DNA of 64,000 nt from an uncultured bacterium (lineage in GTDB: Bacteria > Krumholzibacteriota > Krumholzibacteriia > JACNKJ01). A program made the position numbers and the translations under genes. Below the pieces are notes generated by a model. That model did no database searches and had not been told where the DNA came from. It worked only from the letters and a program-made list of their open reading frames with translations. Positions 42,101-51,404 of this stretch are shown here, one piece after another (the first letter of the stretch is position 1; the number at the start of each line of letters is the position of its first letter). Where the stretch lies: contig CAVOFT010000001.1 in the NCBI GenBank assembly GCA_963695095.1, positions 160,001-224,000 on the forward strand, in the 5' to 3' direction.

Positions 42101-43897
42101 TCTTCGACAACCTCTACCTGTCCGCGAGCAACCGCGTCTACACCTGGTACGACAGCGACAACAACCGCTTCGTGATCCAGTACAACAATGTGCGCAACGA
42201 CTATAGCGACGCGACGGAGAAGTTCGAGATCATCCTCTACGACCCCTCGCAGTGGGTCACGGCCACCGGCGACGGTCCCATCCTCATGCAGTACATGACG
42301 GTGGGCAACACGGATGCCCGCGACGGCTACGCCACGGTGGGCATCACCAACCTCGACGGCACCGACGGCCTGCTCTACACCTACGCCTCCGACTATGCGC
42401 CGACGGCGGCAACGCTGCAGACGGGACGCGCCATCCTCTTCCAGCCCATCGGCGAGCTGGCGCTGGGCACCCTCGAGGGCGACCTCACCAACAGCAGCAA
42501 CGGCGGCACGCCGGTGGCGAACGTGGGCGTTCACCTGGTCGAGAACAACCAGACCCTGCTCTCGGCGACGGACGGCCACTACGCCGGCAGCGTGCAGGAG
42601 GGCGTCTACACGGTGCGCGTGGAGCACGAGAGCTTCACGACGGTGACGGTGACGGGCGTGAACATCGTCGAGGACCAGGTGACCGACCTGGACTTCCAGC
42701 TCACCGACATCCTGGGACCCTACATCACGAACGTCACCGTGCACGAGCACACCGAGGACACGGCGGGGCCCTACGTCATCGAGGCGAACATCGAGGACTT
42801 CTCGGCGATCAGCGAGCTGCACTTCCGCTACAAGCTCAACGGCGGCGGCGACTTCGAGGTGCCGCTCGTGCTGATCGACGCCGGCAGCGGCCTCTATCGC
42901 GCCGAGATCCCCGGCCTGCCGCTGAGCACGCAGGTCAGCTACTGGCTCGAGGCCGTGGACGCGGCGAGCAACGCGAGCCGCAACCCGGCGACTCCAGGCA
43001 CCTACTACGATTTCTACATCGTCGAAAGCCACATGGTGGCCGACCACGATCTGGAGACCGACCAGGGCTGGACGGTGGGCCAGGCGGGCGACGCCGCGAC
43101 CACGGGCATCTGGACGCGCGTGGACCCGATCGGCGTCTTCGCCGGCGACGAGCCGGTGCAGCCCGAGGACGACGTCAGCAATCCGGGCACGCTGTGCTAC
43201 GTCACCGGCAACGCGGAGACGGGCAGCCAGGGCGCGGATGACGTCGACGGCGGCCAGACCACCCTGCTCACCCCCTGGTTCGACCTCAGCGCGATGCTGA
43301 GCGCCACGGTCAGCTACTACTACTGGTACGTGAACGACACCGGCAGCAACCCGTACGAGGATTACTGGGCCGTGGAGATCACGGACGACGGCGTCAGCTG
43401 GGTGCAGCTCGAGCACTCGAACGTGAGCACGCACGCCTGGGTGCAGCGGAGCTTCAACGTGGCCGACTACGTGGGCCTCAGCAGCACGGTGCGCCTGCGC
43501 TTCGTCGCCTCGGACTTCGGCGGCGGCTCCATCGTGGAGGCGGGCATCGACGAGTTCTTGCTGAGCGGCTACCTGACGCCCGATCCCACGGCGGTTGACG
43601 AGGGCGCCGTGCCGGCCAGCGTCACCCTGCTGCAGAACGTGCCCAACCCCTTCAACCCGAAGACGGAGATCCGCTTCGGCCTGCCGGCGGCGGCAGCGGC
43701 CGATCTGAAGGTCTACGACACCACCGGCCGCCTCGTGCGCACGCTGCTGGACGGGGCGCCCTACGGCGCCGGCTTCCACCGGGTGAGCTGGGACGGCACG
43801 GACGAGCCGCGGCCAGCGCGCGAGCACGGGCGTCTACTTCTACGTGCTCGAGACGGGCGCCGAGCGGCAGCACGGCAAGATGCTGCTGCTCAAGTAG
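39106..43897 (+). CDS. Large C25 family protein (propeptide, C25, Ig repeats, NIDO-like, carboxypeptidase-regulatory-like, CTD) with +1 frameshift at ~43807
   Basis: SD GGAGG and signal peptide. WRRQQG, FVTLVGD, PDVHIGR, CDTG, NLMGDP, GPDVYGYYAFD, NVPNPFNP. After WDGTDE the shifted frame reads RGQRASTGVYFYVLETGAERQHGKMLLLK-stop (43895-43897). Confidence 0.88.
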
Positions 43898-43956
43898 CTC
43901 GTGCGAATCCGCCCTGAATTCGGAGGTCCGGCGGCAGCGCCGGGCCTCTCTCTGTT
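43892..43956 (+). terminator. Intrinsic terminator within direct repeat copy 1
   Basis: AGGTCCGGCG-GCAG-CGCCGGGCCT hairpin followed by a pyrimidine/T tract. 53/56 identical to 47651-47706. Confidence 0.75.
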
Positions 43957-44075
43957 TGTGGGTGCTGGGCAGGGCCGCCGGATACGGCTATACTTGGGGC
44001 GTTGCTACGGCGCTCCGAGCGCCCCGGAATGCGCCAGGAAAGGCCATGAACATGGGCGGTCTGGGGGAGGATGTC

Positions 44076-46529
44076 ATGACGGGGTTCTTCCGGTCGGTAG
44101 TCCCGGGAATGGTCCTGCTGGCGTTGCTCGCGCCGCCGATTCTCGCCGTCGAGGGGGATGAGCACTGGTCGCCGGCCTTCGCGCTACCCGGCGCCGGCGG
44201 CACGGTCTACGCCTCGCTTGCGTTCGGCGGTGATCTCATCGTTGCCGGGGACTTCCTGCACGTCGGCACCAGCACCGCCAACCGGATTGCCCGCTGGGAC
44301 GGCGACTCCTGGCACGCCATGGGCGCGGGCCTTGACGATACCGTCTACGCCCTGGCGGAGTACGAGGGCGCGCTCTATGCGGGCGGACTCTTCGCGCACT
44401 CCGGACAGTCGCCGGTGCAGGGCGTTGCCCGCTGGGACGGCGTGGCCTGGCAGCCCCTCCCCGAGCCCTTGGGCTTCTACTGCATCAAGGCCCTAGCGGT
44501 CTACAATGGCCGGCTGATTGCCGGGGGGATCGCCAACTACGACATCACCGAGGAGGAGTGGTCCGAAGTCGCCGGGCTCGCAGCCTGGGATGGCGCGATC
44601 TGGACCGAACTGGCCGACTTCGAATGGTACCTCTACTGCAGCGTCGACGCCCTGACCGTTTTCGACGGCGACCTCATCGTTGGCGGCAGCTTCGAGCAGT
44701 TGAACGGCGACTGGGACTTCGGGGGTATCGCCCGCTGGGACGGCGCGGCCTGGCACTCGATGGGCAGCGCGCGCGGGACCACCGCCCTCCTCGTGCACAA
44801 TGGCGCCCTCTACGCCGCGAACCCAGAGCTGCGGCGCTGGCAGGAGCCGAGCTGGGTGCTCGAAACCGATGGGCTCGAGCACTATGGCGGTGTCTTCAGG
44901 CTGGCCTCGTTTGAGGGCGATATTCTCGCTGCCGGCGGCTTCCAGTACGCCGACGGTCAGCTCGTGCGCGGTCTGGCGCGCTGGGACGGCGTGGCCTGGT
45001 TGCCCTTCAGCGAGCTGATCGACCCGCTGGCCGGCACCTGGGTCTACACGGTGTGCGACTATGAAGGACAGCTCGTGGCGGGTGGCTGGTTCCGCCGCGT
45101 CGGCCCGCGGGCGGCCTTCGCGCTCGCCGGATGGGATGGGCAGTCGTGGGGAACTCTGGCGAGCCCCGGCGATGAGGAGTTCTTCCGGGGCCTGGATGCG
45201 GAGAGCCTCGCCCTTGCGAACTTCAGCGGCGACCTGGCCGTGGCCGGCTATTTCCGCTACGGCGGCGACACGCTCCTGAACGGTGTGGGTCTCTGGAACG
45301 GCAGCGACTGGCAGTCCCTGGGCAGCGGGCTGCCCGGAGGCGACCGTGTCTGGGCCATGGCGGAGTATCAGGGCAAGCTCGTCGTGACGGGGAACTTCCA
45401 CGAGATCGGCGGGGTGGCCAGCCTCCACATGGCGCAGTGGGCAGGCTCGGCATGGGAGCCTTTCGGCGAGGGTTCCGCGCCGGAGGGCAGGGAGCTGTTC
45501 GCCGCCGGTACGGACCTCTACGTCGGCGGAGACTTCGCGACGGCCGGCGGACTGCCCGCGGAGAACATCGCCTGTTGGGACGGGACCGGTTGGTCCGACC
45601 TCGATGGCGGCCTGAACGACAGGGTCTATGCGCTCCTCATGATGGGTGGGGATCTCCTCGCGGCCGGCAGCTTCATCGCCGACGCCCACGGGGCGCCCTT
45701 GAATCGCGTCGCCCGCTGGGACGGCGCTGTCTGGAGCCCACTGAGTCAGGGCTTCAATGGGATCGTCAGCGATCTGGTAGTATGGAACGGAGCACTGATC
45801 GCGGGCGGGTACTTCAATCAGGCCGACGGTGCATCGACTCCCTATCTCGCAATCTGGGATGGTGCGGCCTGGCAGCCCTTCCCCTCGGGGCCCAACGGCT
45901 ACGTGACAGGGCTCGCCGTCTATAATGGAGAGCTCGTCGTCTGCGGCAGGTTCAGCGAGTTGGGCGGGATCCCTGCCAGCTTCATCGGCAGTTGGGACGG
46001 TACGAACTGGTCGCCCCTGGGCAGCGGTCTGGCCCTCTCCGACTGGGGCGCAGGGATGTACATGCGCGACCTGCAGGTCCTCGACAACCAGCTCTTTGTG
46101 GCCGGCAGCTTTCGCAATGCGGGCGGCAAGGCCTCCTACGGTATCGCCTGCTGGCGGGAGGATCTCACCGCAGTGCTGGCGGGCGGGCCGCCCGCGGGGG
46201 GCCTCATCGCCAGGAACGTGCCCAACCCCTTCAACCCAAGCACGGAGATCGTCTTCACGTTGCCGGCGGCTGCGCCGGTGACCCTGCGCATCGTCGATGC
46301 TGTCGGGCGCTGCGTGCGCACGCTGCTGACGGCGACGCCGCTGCCGGCGGGCAAGCAGCGCGTCAGCTGGGACGGCCGCGACGATGAGGGCCGGCGGCTG
46401 CCCAGCGGCGCCTATGTCTACGAGCTCGAAGCCGGCGGGCGGCGTGCCGCGAGCAAGATGCTGCTCTTGCAAGCGCTACGTGGAGACCTTTGGCCGCGTG
46501 GTGGTGCTGTGGGAGAAGGGCCTGCGTGA
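44076..46529 (+). CDS. Secreted double beta-propeller (about 14 W-D-G-x-x-W repeats) with CTD, C-terminus altered by insertion
   Basis: SD GGAGG and signal peptide. Repeats of IARWDGxxW...V.AL...L.AGG.F, then NVPNPFNP...WDGRDDEG...SGAY...KMLLL followed by 19 foreign residues. Confidence 0.85.
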   Translation: MTGFFRSVVPGMVLLALLAPPILAVEGDEHWSPAFALPGAGGTVYASLAFGGDLIVAGDFLHVGTSTANRIARWDGDSWHAMGAGLDDTVYALAEYEGALYAGGLFAHSGQSPVQGVARWDGVAWQPLPEPLGFYCIKALAVYNGRLIAGGIANYDITEEEWSEVAGLAAWDGAIWTELADFEWYLYCSVDALTVFDGDLIVGGSFEQLNGDWDFGGIARWDGAAWHSMGSARGTTALLVHNGALYAANPELRRWQEPSWVLETDGLEHYGGVFRLASFEGDILAAGGFQYADGQLVRGLARWDGVAWLPFSELIDPLAGTWVYTVCDYEGQLVAGGWFRRVGPRAAFALAGWDGQSWGTLASPGDEEFFRGLDAESLALANFSGDLAVAGYFRYGGDTLLNGVGLWNGSDWQSLGSGLPGGDRVWAMAEYQGKLVVTGNFHEIGGVASLHMAQWAGSAWEPFGEGSAPEGRELFAAGTDLYVGGDFATAGGLPAENIACWDGTGWSDLDGGLNDRVYALLMMGGDLLAAGSFIADAHGAPLNRVARWDGAVWSPLSQGFNGIVSDLVVWNGALIAGGYFNQADGASTPYLAIWDGAAWQPFPSGPNGYVTGLAVYNGELVVCGRFSELGGIPASFIGSWDGTNWSPLGSGLALSDWGAGMYMRDLQVLDNQLFVAGSFRNAGGKASYGIACWREDLTAVLAGGPPAGGLIARNVPNPFNPSTEIVFTLPAAAPVTLRIVDAVGRCVRTLLTATPLPAGKQRVSWDGRDDEGRRLPSGAYVYELEAGGRRAASKMLLLQALRGDLWPRGGAVGEGPA

Positions 46530-46698
46530 AGCGGGCGAGATCGCCTACGTGGTTGGCATCAGCGAGCGGCTGGCGGGCGAGTATCTGCGGCTACGGGAGC
46601 AGTATGCCGAGTCACCCTTCCGCGATCGTTTGGCGGAGATCGCCCGGCAGGTGCGCACCTCGCTCCCCGCGAACGGGGAAGAAAAGGGGGGCTCCTGA
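46470..46698 (+). pseudogene. C-terminal fragment of a DUF1670-like protein
   Basis: KRYVETFGRV...EIAYVVGISERLAGEYL mirrors the C-terminus of the next gene (DNYLKAYDRI...TICQATGRAQRTVAQYL). TGATG coupling to it. Confidence 0.65.
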
Positions 46699-47629
46699 TG
46701 GGTGATTACCGGGATCGCTACGCGACGGTGGGCCGCCGGATTTCGGCTCGGCGATGGAGCACCTGCTGGAGACCGACTTCAAGCTGGTGGGCAGCCATCG
46801 GGTGATTCGGCCGATCGCGGAAGCGATCGTGGATCTGCAGCGGGAGTTTTATCCGGAGCAGGATCGTGCCGAGCCGGGGACGATCGTGTGGGCGACGACG
46901 AAGCGGGGCGAGGGCACGAAGGTGAGCTAGGGCAAGCGGGCCGAGGCCTACGGTACGCAGATCGTGCACCTGCCGCTGGTGACGAAGGCGGAGATCGAGG
47001 CGCGGATGCGGACGGGGCGTAAAGGCGACGGTCGCATCAACCGCCGGAAGGAGGCCCGACGCGACATCGAGACGATGGCGCGGCTGGTGCGGAGCGCAGC
47101 GGAGCAGGGTGGTTTGCTGACGGGCGCGGAGCTGTCGGTACTGATGAACCGATCCCTGGGCAAGATCCACGAGTACGTGCGGACCTACGAGCAGGAGACG
47201 GGCGAGGCCCTGCCGCTGAAGGGCTACGTACTGGACATGGGCAGCTCGCCGACGCACAAGGGGATCATCTGCCGGAAGTTCGAAGAGGGGATGAGTCCAC
47301 CGGACATCGCTCGGGCCACGGGACATAGTTTGGCAGCGGTGGACAACTACCTGAAGGCCTACGATCGGATCAAGGTCCTACTGCGCCGCGGCCTGGATGC
47401 GCCGACGATCTGCCAAGCGACGGGGAGGGCACAGCGAACAGTGGCCCAGTACCTGAACATCGTGGACTGCTATCATCCGCAGCTGCTGACGGCAGGGCAC
47501 CGGGATTGGCTGGCGACGCTTCTGAAAAAGGGCAACGTGGCGCTGTCTCCAGAGGATGGGGAGCGGATGAGCCAGGGCCTGGAGGCAGGAACGCCGGCAA
47601 GGACCGGCGACGTGGAAAGAAATCTCTAA
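46698..47629 (+). pseudogene. DUF1670 family protein, frameshift at ~46738 and in-frame TAG at 46928-46930
   Basis: PGTIVW, LPLV, AAEQGGLLT.AELS, LPLKGYVLDMG...THK, DIARATGHS..AVDNY. Confidence 0.8.
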
Positions 47630-47650
47630 CAGGTCAGATGGCCTAAGAGT

Positions 47651-47714
47651 AAGTAGGTCGTGCGAGTCCGCCCTGAATTCGGAGGCCCGGCGGCAGCGCC
47701 GGGCCTTTTCTGTT
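47651..47714 (+). terminator. Intrinsic terminator within direct repeat copy 2
   Basis: Perfect AGGCCCGGCG-GCAG-CGCCGGGCCT stem followed by TTTCTGTT. Confidence 0.8.
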
Positions 47715-47720
47715 GTCAGC

Positions 47721-47750
47721 TTGCCCAGGCGTACCGGCAGGCTCTATACT
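47721..47750 (+). promoter_or_regulatory. Sigma70-like promoter
   Basis: TTGCCC-N18-TATACT. Confidence 0.6.
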
Positions 47751-47864
47751 CAAGGTGTCGATCCGCTTCCCCTGGCAATACATAAGGAGCGGCGAGCGAC
47801 TCCCGCGGTCCCCCAGCTCACCGGGATTACCCCTGCTCTGCCGCATCGACATGGGGGGTTGGGT

Positions 47865-50687
47865 ATGTGCACTCGTCGCCGGGCAGTGCTGCCCGCTGTA
47901 CTTCTTGCGCTCCTTCTTCATTCCAGTCCGAGCTTGGCCTACCAGGTGCCGCCCGCGCCGCAGCGGGGCGAAGTGCCGCTGCCGGTAACGCCGGCGGTCG
48001 GCGCGCGTGAGGACACGCTCTTTCTCTTCGCCGCCAGTGGGCCGGGCAGCTACGGCAGCCCGGGCACGGACGCCCGTGGCTTCACCTTCGACCACGCGGG
48101 CGCAGCGGCGCCGGCCGGCTGGTTCGGCGTGGACCTCACCGCCCAGACGGGCACCTGGTGGCACCTGGCGAGCACGGCCGTCTGCGCCGGCACGGGTACG
48201 GACATGAGCCAGGCGGCGCCCTTCGCTCCCGGCGACCTGGTGAACGACTACGCACTCTGGTGCGGGCGGCAGAACGTCTGCGGCTGGAGCGACCCGACGG
48301 GCTACGGCAATCAGTGGCAGCAGACGGTCGTCGTCGATCTGAGCGACCAGGAGATCGACCAGGACCTACAGGTGGCCTTCGCCTATCGGTCCGACTTCGA
48401 GGGCAATGCCTACGACGGTTTCGAGCTGCGCGTCGAGGTCGCCGGCGAGTGGGAGACCGTCTACGCCAACTACCTGACCGGAGACCGCAGCTACCGCGAG
48501 CTCAGCTTCACGATCCCGGCCACGGAACTGAATGGAGCGGGTAGCGGCACGCGGGTGGGCTTCCACTTCGTCTCCGACGGCGGCTGGTCCGATGAGGACG
48601 GCTCCTATCTCAGCGACGTGGGCGCGCTGTGGCTGGACAATCTCCAGCTCGCGGTGGACGGCCAGCCGGCCTTCAGCGCCGATTTCGAAGACGGCCTTGA
48701 GCCCGCCCGCCTCAGCTTCACCACGCCGGCGGCGCGGAGGGCTCTATGTGGGGCTCTTCTACGAGGACTCTGCATCGGCAACGACAGTGCGGCCTGGGCC
48801 TTGACCTGGACACCTACAACCCGGAGTACCCGATTCCGGTCGTGGCTATGGGAAGTGGACCAGCTGGGCACCCATTCAACCGGCCCCGAGGATCAGCGGG
48901 TCGAGCGGCAGACCTACTACGACCTGCCGCTGGAGCCGCTGATCTTCACGCGGAATCCCGCGGTGGCCGCCCGCACGGCCGCGGACGGCTGCCTGCGGGA
49001 CTTCAAGCGGCGCAACATCGTCCAGTATGGTCCGGATCGGAGTGGCGCACGGAGCGTTTCGATGGGCGGCATGTGCAATCTCGATGGCGCACACGCCGGC
49101 TTTCTGTCTTTGAGATCCGGCGCCGTGGCCGGCCAGCCAGACGGTGGTGGGCGACTCGCGGCGCTCGGCGTCTCGATGGGGTCCGGCGGATTGGCGACTA
49201 CTTACATGCCGAGGCCGGCGAGCGCGGCCGGAGCTGCGGCTTTGCTGGCGCGTGGTCGCCGGTCCGCACGCGGGTCAGACTGCCGCCGCTCAGGCCGACC
49301 CCGATGGCAGCGACGGCGCCTGGTCCCCTGGGCGGGTACGCTGAACCTGAACGGCGAGGTCTGGAGCAGCATGCAGGCGGACTCGGCCCGGGTCGGTGGC
49401 GTTGTCGAGCCCGGCAGCTTCGCCTTCGACTTCAACGACGCCTACTTCGAGCCGGGCGATGTCATCGAATACTTCTACCGCGCGCAGTCGCAGGAGGGCG
49501 CGGTGGCGGCCTATCCGCTGGCCGCGCTGGCGGAGGATCCCGCCCAGCGCGAATTCTGGCGAGTGCGCTGCCTGCCGACGGCGGGTGCGCGCATCCTCGT
49601 CGTCGAGGATAGCGGCGAAGCGGCTGACGCCTGGCGACTCGGCCTGGAGCACACGAACTGCCCAGGCTACGACCTCTTCACCACGCAGGCGCCTGCAAGC
49701 GGCCTCAACAACGGACTCGGCTGTCGGGCCTCGGCCGCGGATCTGGCCGGCTACAGCGTGCTCTTCTGGGATAGCGGCAGCCTGTCCCGCTACACGCTCA
49801 CCGGGCCGGGCACTTCGCAGCTCTGCACGGACACAGATCTGCTGCTGGCCTGGCTCGTAAACGCCGAGGACAACAGCATCGCCTGGATCATGGGCAATTC
49901 GATCGCCAGCGAGCTGAGTGAGGATGGCAGCGCCGCTCTTGCCCAACTGCTGGGGGCGGAGCGCATCTTGGATGGGTACAGCTACTTCGACCTGACGATG
50001 GACTTGACGCCGCGGGTCTACGGGGCGCACCCGGCCTTCGGAGTCGGCGGCCTGGATCCCTACTTCGACGTCGACGGCGCCTGTCCGGACATCCAGTACT
50101 TCGATCTCGTCGCGCCCACCGGAGGGCTAGCCGAGTCGGGTTTTCGCTGGTGGCACGATGGCGGGTCCGACGCCGTTGCCGGTGTGCTGAACTTCGATCC
50201 GGACGGGGACGGCACGTACCGGAACGCGCAGGGGGCTACGGCCTGGGTCCTCTACAATCCCTTCAGCTACGGGCTGCTCCGCGATGCGGGTTTCGATCCC
50301 GGTGGCTACGGCTTGAACTACCCATTCCAACTGCCCTACATCCTGGCCTGCAGTTTCGGCACGCCACCGCACTTCTGGTGCGATACGGCGGCCGAGGAAG
50401 TGCCGGCCGCCATTACCACCCTGCACGGCGCGCATCCGAATCCCTTCAACCCGAAGACGACGATCCGCTTCAGTCTGGCGGCGCCGGGGCGCGCAAGCCT
50501 GCGCGTCTACGACCTCGCCGGCCGGCGCATGGCCACGCTGCTCGACGGCCTCGCCGCGGCGGGTGCGCAGAGCATCGACTGGAACGGCCGCGACGACGCC
50601 GGGCGGCAGCTCGCCAGCGGCGTCTACCTCCTCCGCTTCAAAGCGGCGGGGACGAGCGAGGAGAGCAAGCTCGTATTGCTCAAGTAG
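47865..50687 (+). CDS. Large secreted protein with FlgD/T9SS-like CTD; middle segment scrambled by compensating indels
   Basis: Signal peptide, GYGNQW, FVSDGGWSDEDG, YFEPGDVIEYFY, HPNPFNP...WNGRDDAG...SGVYL...LLK. Protein-like text hops between frames at ~48730-49330. Confidence 0.75.
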   Translation: MCTRRRAVLPAVLLALLLHSSPSLAYQVPPAPQRGEVPLPVTPAVGAREDTLFLFAASGPGSYGSPGTDARGFTFDHAGAAAPAGWFGVDLTAQTGTWWHLASTAVCAGTGTDMSQAAPFAPGDLVNDYALWCGRQNVCGWSDPTGYGNQWQQTVVVDLSDQEIDQDLQVAFAYRSDFEGNAYDGFELRVEVAGEWETVYANYLTGDRSYRELSFTIPATELNGAGSGTRVGFHFVSDGGWSDEDGSYLSDVGALWLDNLQLAVDGQPAFSADFEDGLEPARLSFTTPAARRALCGALLRGLCIGNDSAAWALTWTPTTRSTRFRSWLWEVDQLGTHSTGPEDQRVERQTYYDLPLEPLIFTRNPAVAARTAADGCLRDFKRRNIVQYGPDRSGARSVSMGGMCNLDGAHAGFLSLRSGAVAGQPDGGGRLAALGVSMGSGGLATTYMPRPASAAGAAALLARGRRSARGSDCRRSGRPRWQRRRLVPWAGTLNLNGEVWSSMQADSARVGGVVEPGSFAFDFNDAYFEPGDVIEYFYRAQSQEGAVAAYPLAALAEDPAQREFWRVRCLPTAGARILVVEDSGEAADAWRLGLEHTNCPGYDLFTTQAPASGLNNGLGCRASAADLAGYSVLFWDSGSLSRYTLTGPGTSQLCTDTDLLLAWLVNAEDNSIAWIMGNSIASELSEDGSAALAQLLGAERILDGYSYFDLTMDLTPRVYGAHPAFGVGGLDPYFDVDGACPDIQYFDLVAPTGGLAESGFRWWHDGGSDAVAGVLNFDPDGDGTYRNAQGATAWVLYNPFSYGLLRDAGFDPGGYGLNYPFQLPYILACSFGTPPHFWCDTAAEEVPAAITTLHGAHPNPFNPKTTIRFSLAAPGRASLRVYDLAGRRMATLLDGLAAAGAQSIDWNGRDDAGRQLASGVYLLRFKAAGTSEESKLVLLK

Positions 50688-50720
50688 GCTTCCCTGCGCC
50701 CCGCCGGCGTGCTAGCATTC

Positions 50721-50756
50721 ACGGCCGGACGGCCCCGCCGTCCGGCTGTTTCTCTT
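50721..50756 (+). terminator. Probable intrinsic terminator
   Basis: ACGGCCGGACGG / CCGTCCGGCTGT 12-bp stem (one G-U pair) followed by TTCTCTT. Confidence 0.6.
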
Positions 50757-50799
50757 CCACCCGGACGCTTATCGACCGGATCCTGCGGGAGGAATCCCC

Positions 50800-51375
50800 A
50801 TGCCTCGCCGACTGCTGGCCCTCGCCCTCTCCCTCGTCATCGCCCTCGGCATCCTCGGCTGCGAACAGCGCCGCGTGCAGGAATTCAAGGCGGGACAAGC
50901 GCTCCTGGCCGAAAATCCCCAGGCGCTGGACGGCAAGCTCAACGCCCAGCTCACGCTCTGCCGCAGCATCGGCCGCAAGTCGGGTCGGCCCATCGGCGCC
51001 GGCACTGAATTTGAAATGCGGGAGGAGAGCCAGGTCGGCGCCGTGCTGGAAGTGTCCGGCGTCGAGCCCGGCGAGGTGAACATGTTCCATCTCGTCTGGA
51101 TCAAGCCGGGCGAGAAGGAGATCTTCCGCCGCTACGCCGAGGTGAAGGTCGAGCCCGCTGAGCAGGGCTATCGCGCGGTCGTCCAGTGGAAGAAGTTCGA
51201 CGACCGCCACTATCTGCGCGAGGACGTCCAGGAGCGCGAGTCGCCGAGCTTTTCGCTGACAAGCGAGCTCGACACGAGCTTCAAGAAGCAGCGCGAGCCG
51301 GGCGAGTACCGCTTCCGGGTCTACTTCAACCGGGAGCTGCTCTTCGATCAGGCCTTCACGCTCGAGAACGCCTAG
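50800..51375 (+). CDS. Lipoprotein with Ig-like (DUF2914-like) fold
   Basis: Lipobox ILGC, SD GGAGG, FHLVWIKPG...PGEYRFRVYFNRELL. Confidence 0.75.
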   Translation: MPRRLLALALSLVIALGILGCEQRRVQEFKAGQALLAENPQALDGKLNAQLTLCRSIGRKSGRPIGAGTEFEMREESQVGAVLEVSGVEPGEVNMFHLVWIKPGEKEIFRRYAEVKVEPAEQGYRAVVQWKKFDDRHYLREDVQERESPSFSLTSELDTSFKKQREPGEYRFRVYFNRELLFDQAFTLENA

Positions 51376-51404
51376 CGGGCCCACCCGAGCGCGGAGGTCC
51401 GGCC

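Larger units (their letters stand above)
46470..47650 (+). mobile_element. Decayed insertion carrying tandem DUF1670-like genes
   Basis: Lies between KMLLL of the host gene and an orphan AAG TAG + terminator at 47651. Purine-rich composition differs from the flanks. Confidence 0.7.

Noticed and set aside
46928..46930. In-frame TAG as pyrrolysine or stop-codon recoding
   Set aside because: The same gene also has a frameshift and lies in a truncated element, and TAG is a normal stop in many genes here (gyrB, gyrA, sdhA).
43892..47714. Direct repeats as a CRISPR array or integron attC sites
   Set aside because: Only two copies 3.7 kb apart, terminator-like, with no cas or integrase gene and no RYYYAAC/GTTRRRY ends.
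48730..49330. Diversity-generating retroelement variable region
   Set aside because: The changes are indels rather than adenine-specific substitutions, and no template repeat or reverse transcriptase is in the window.
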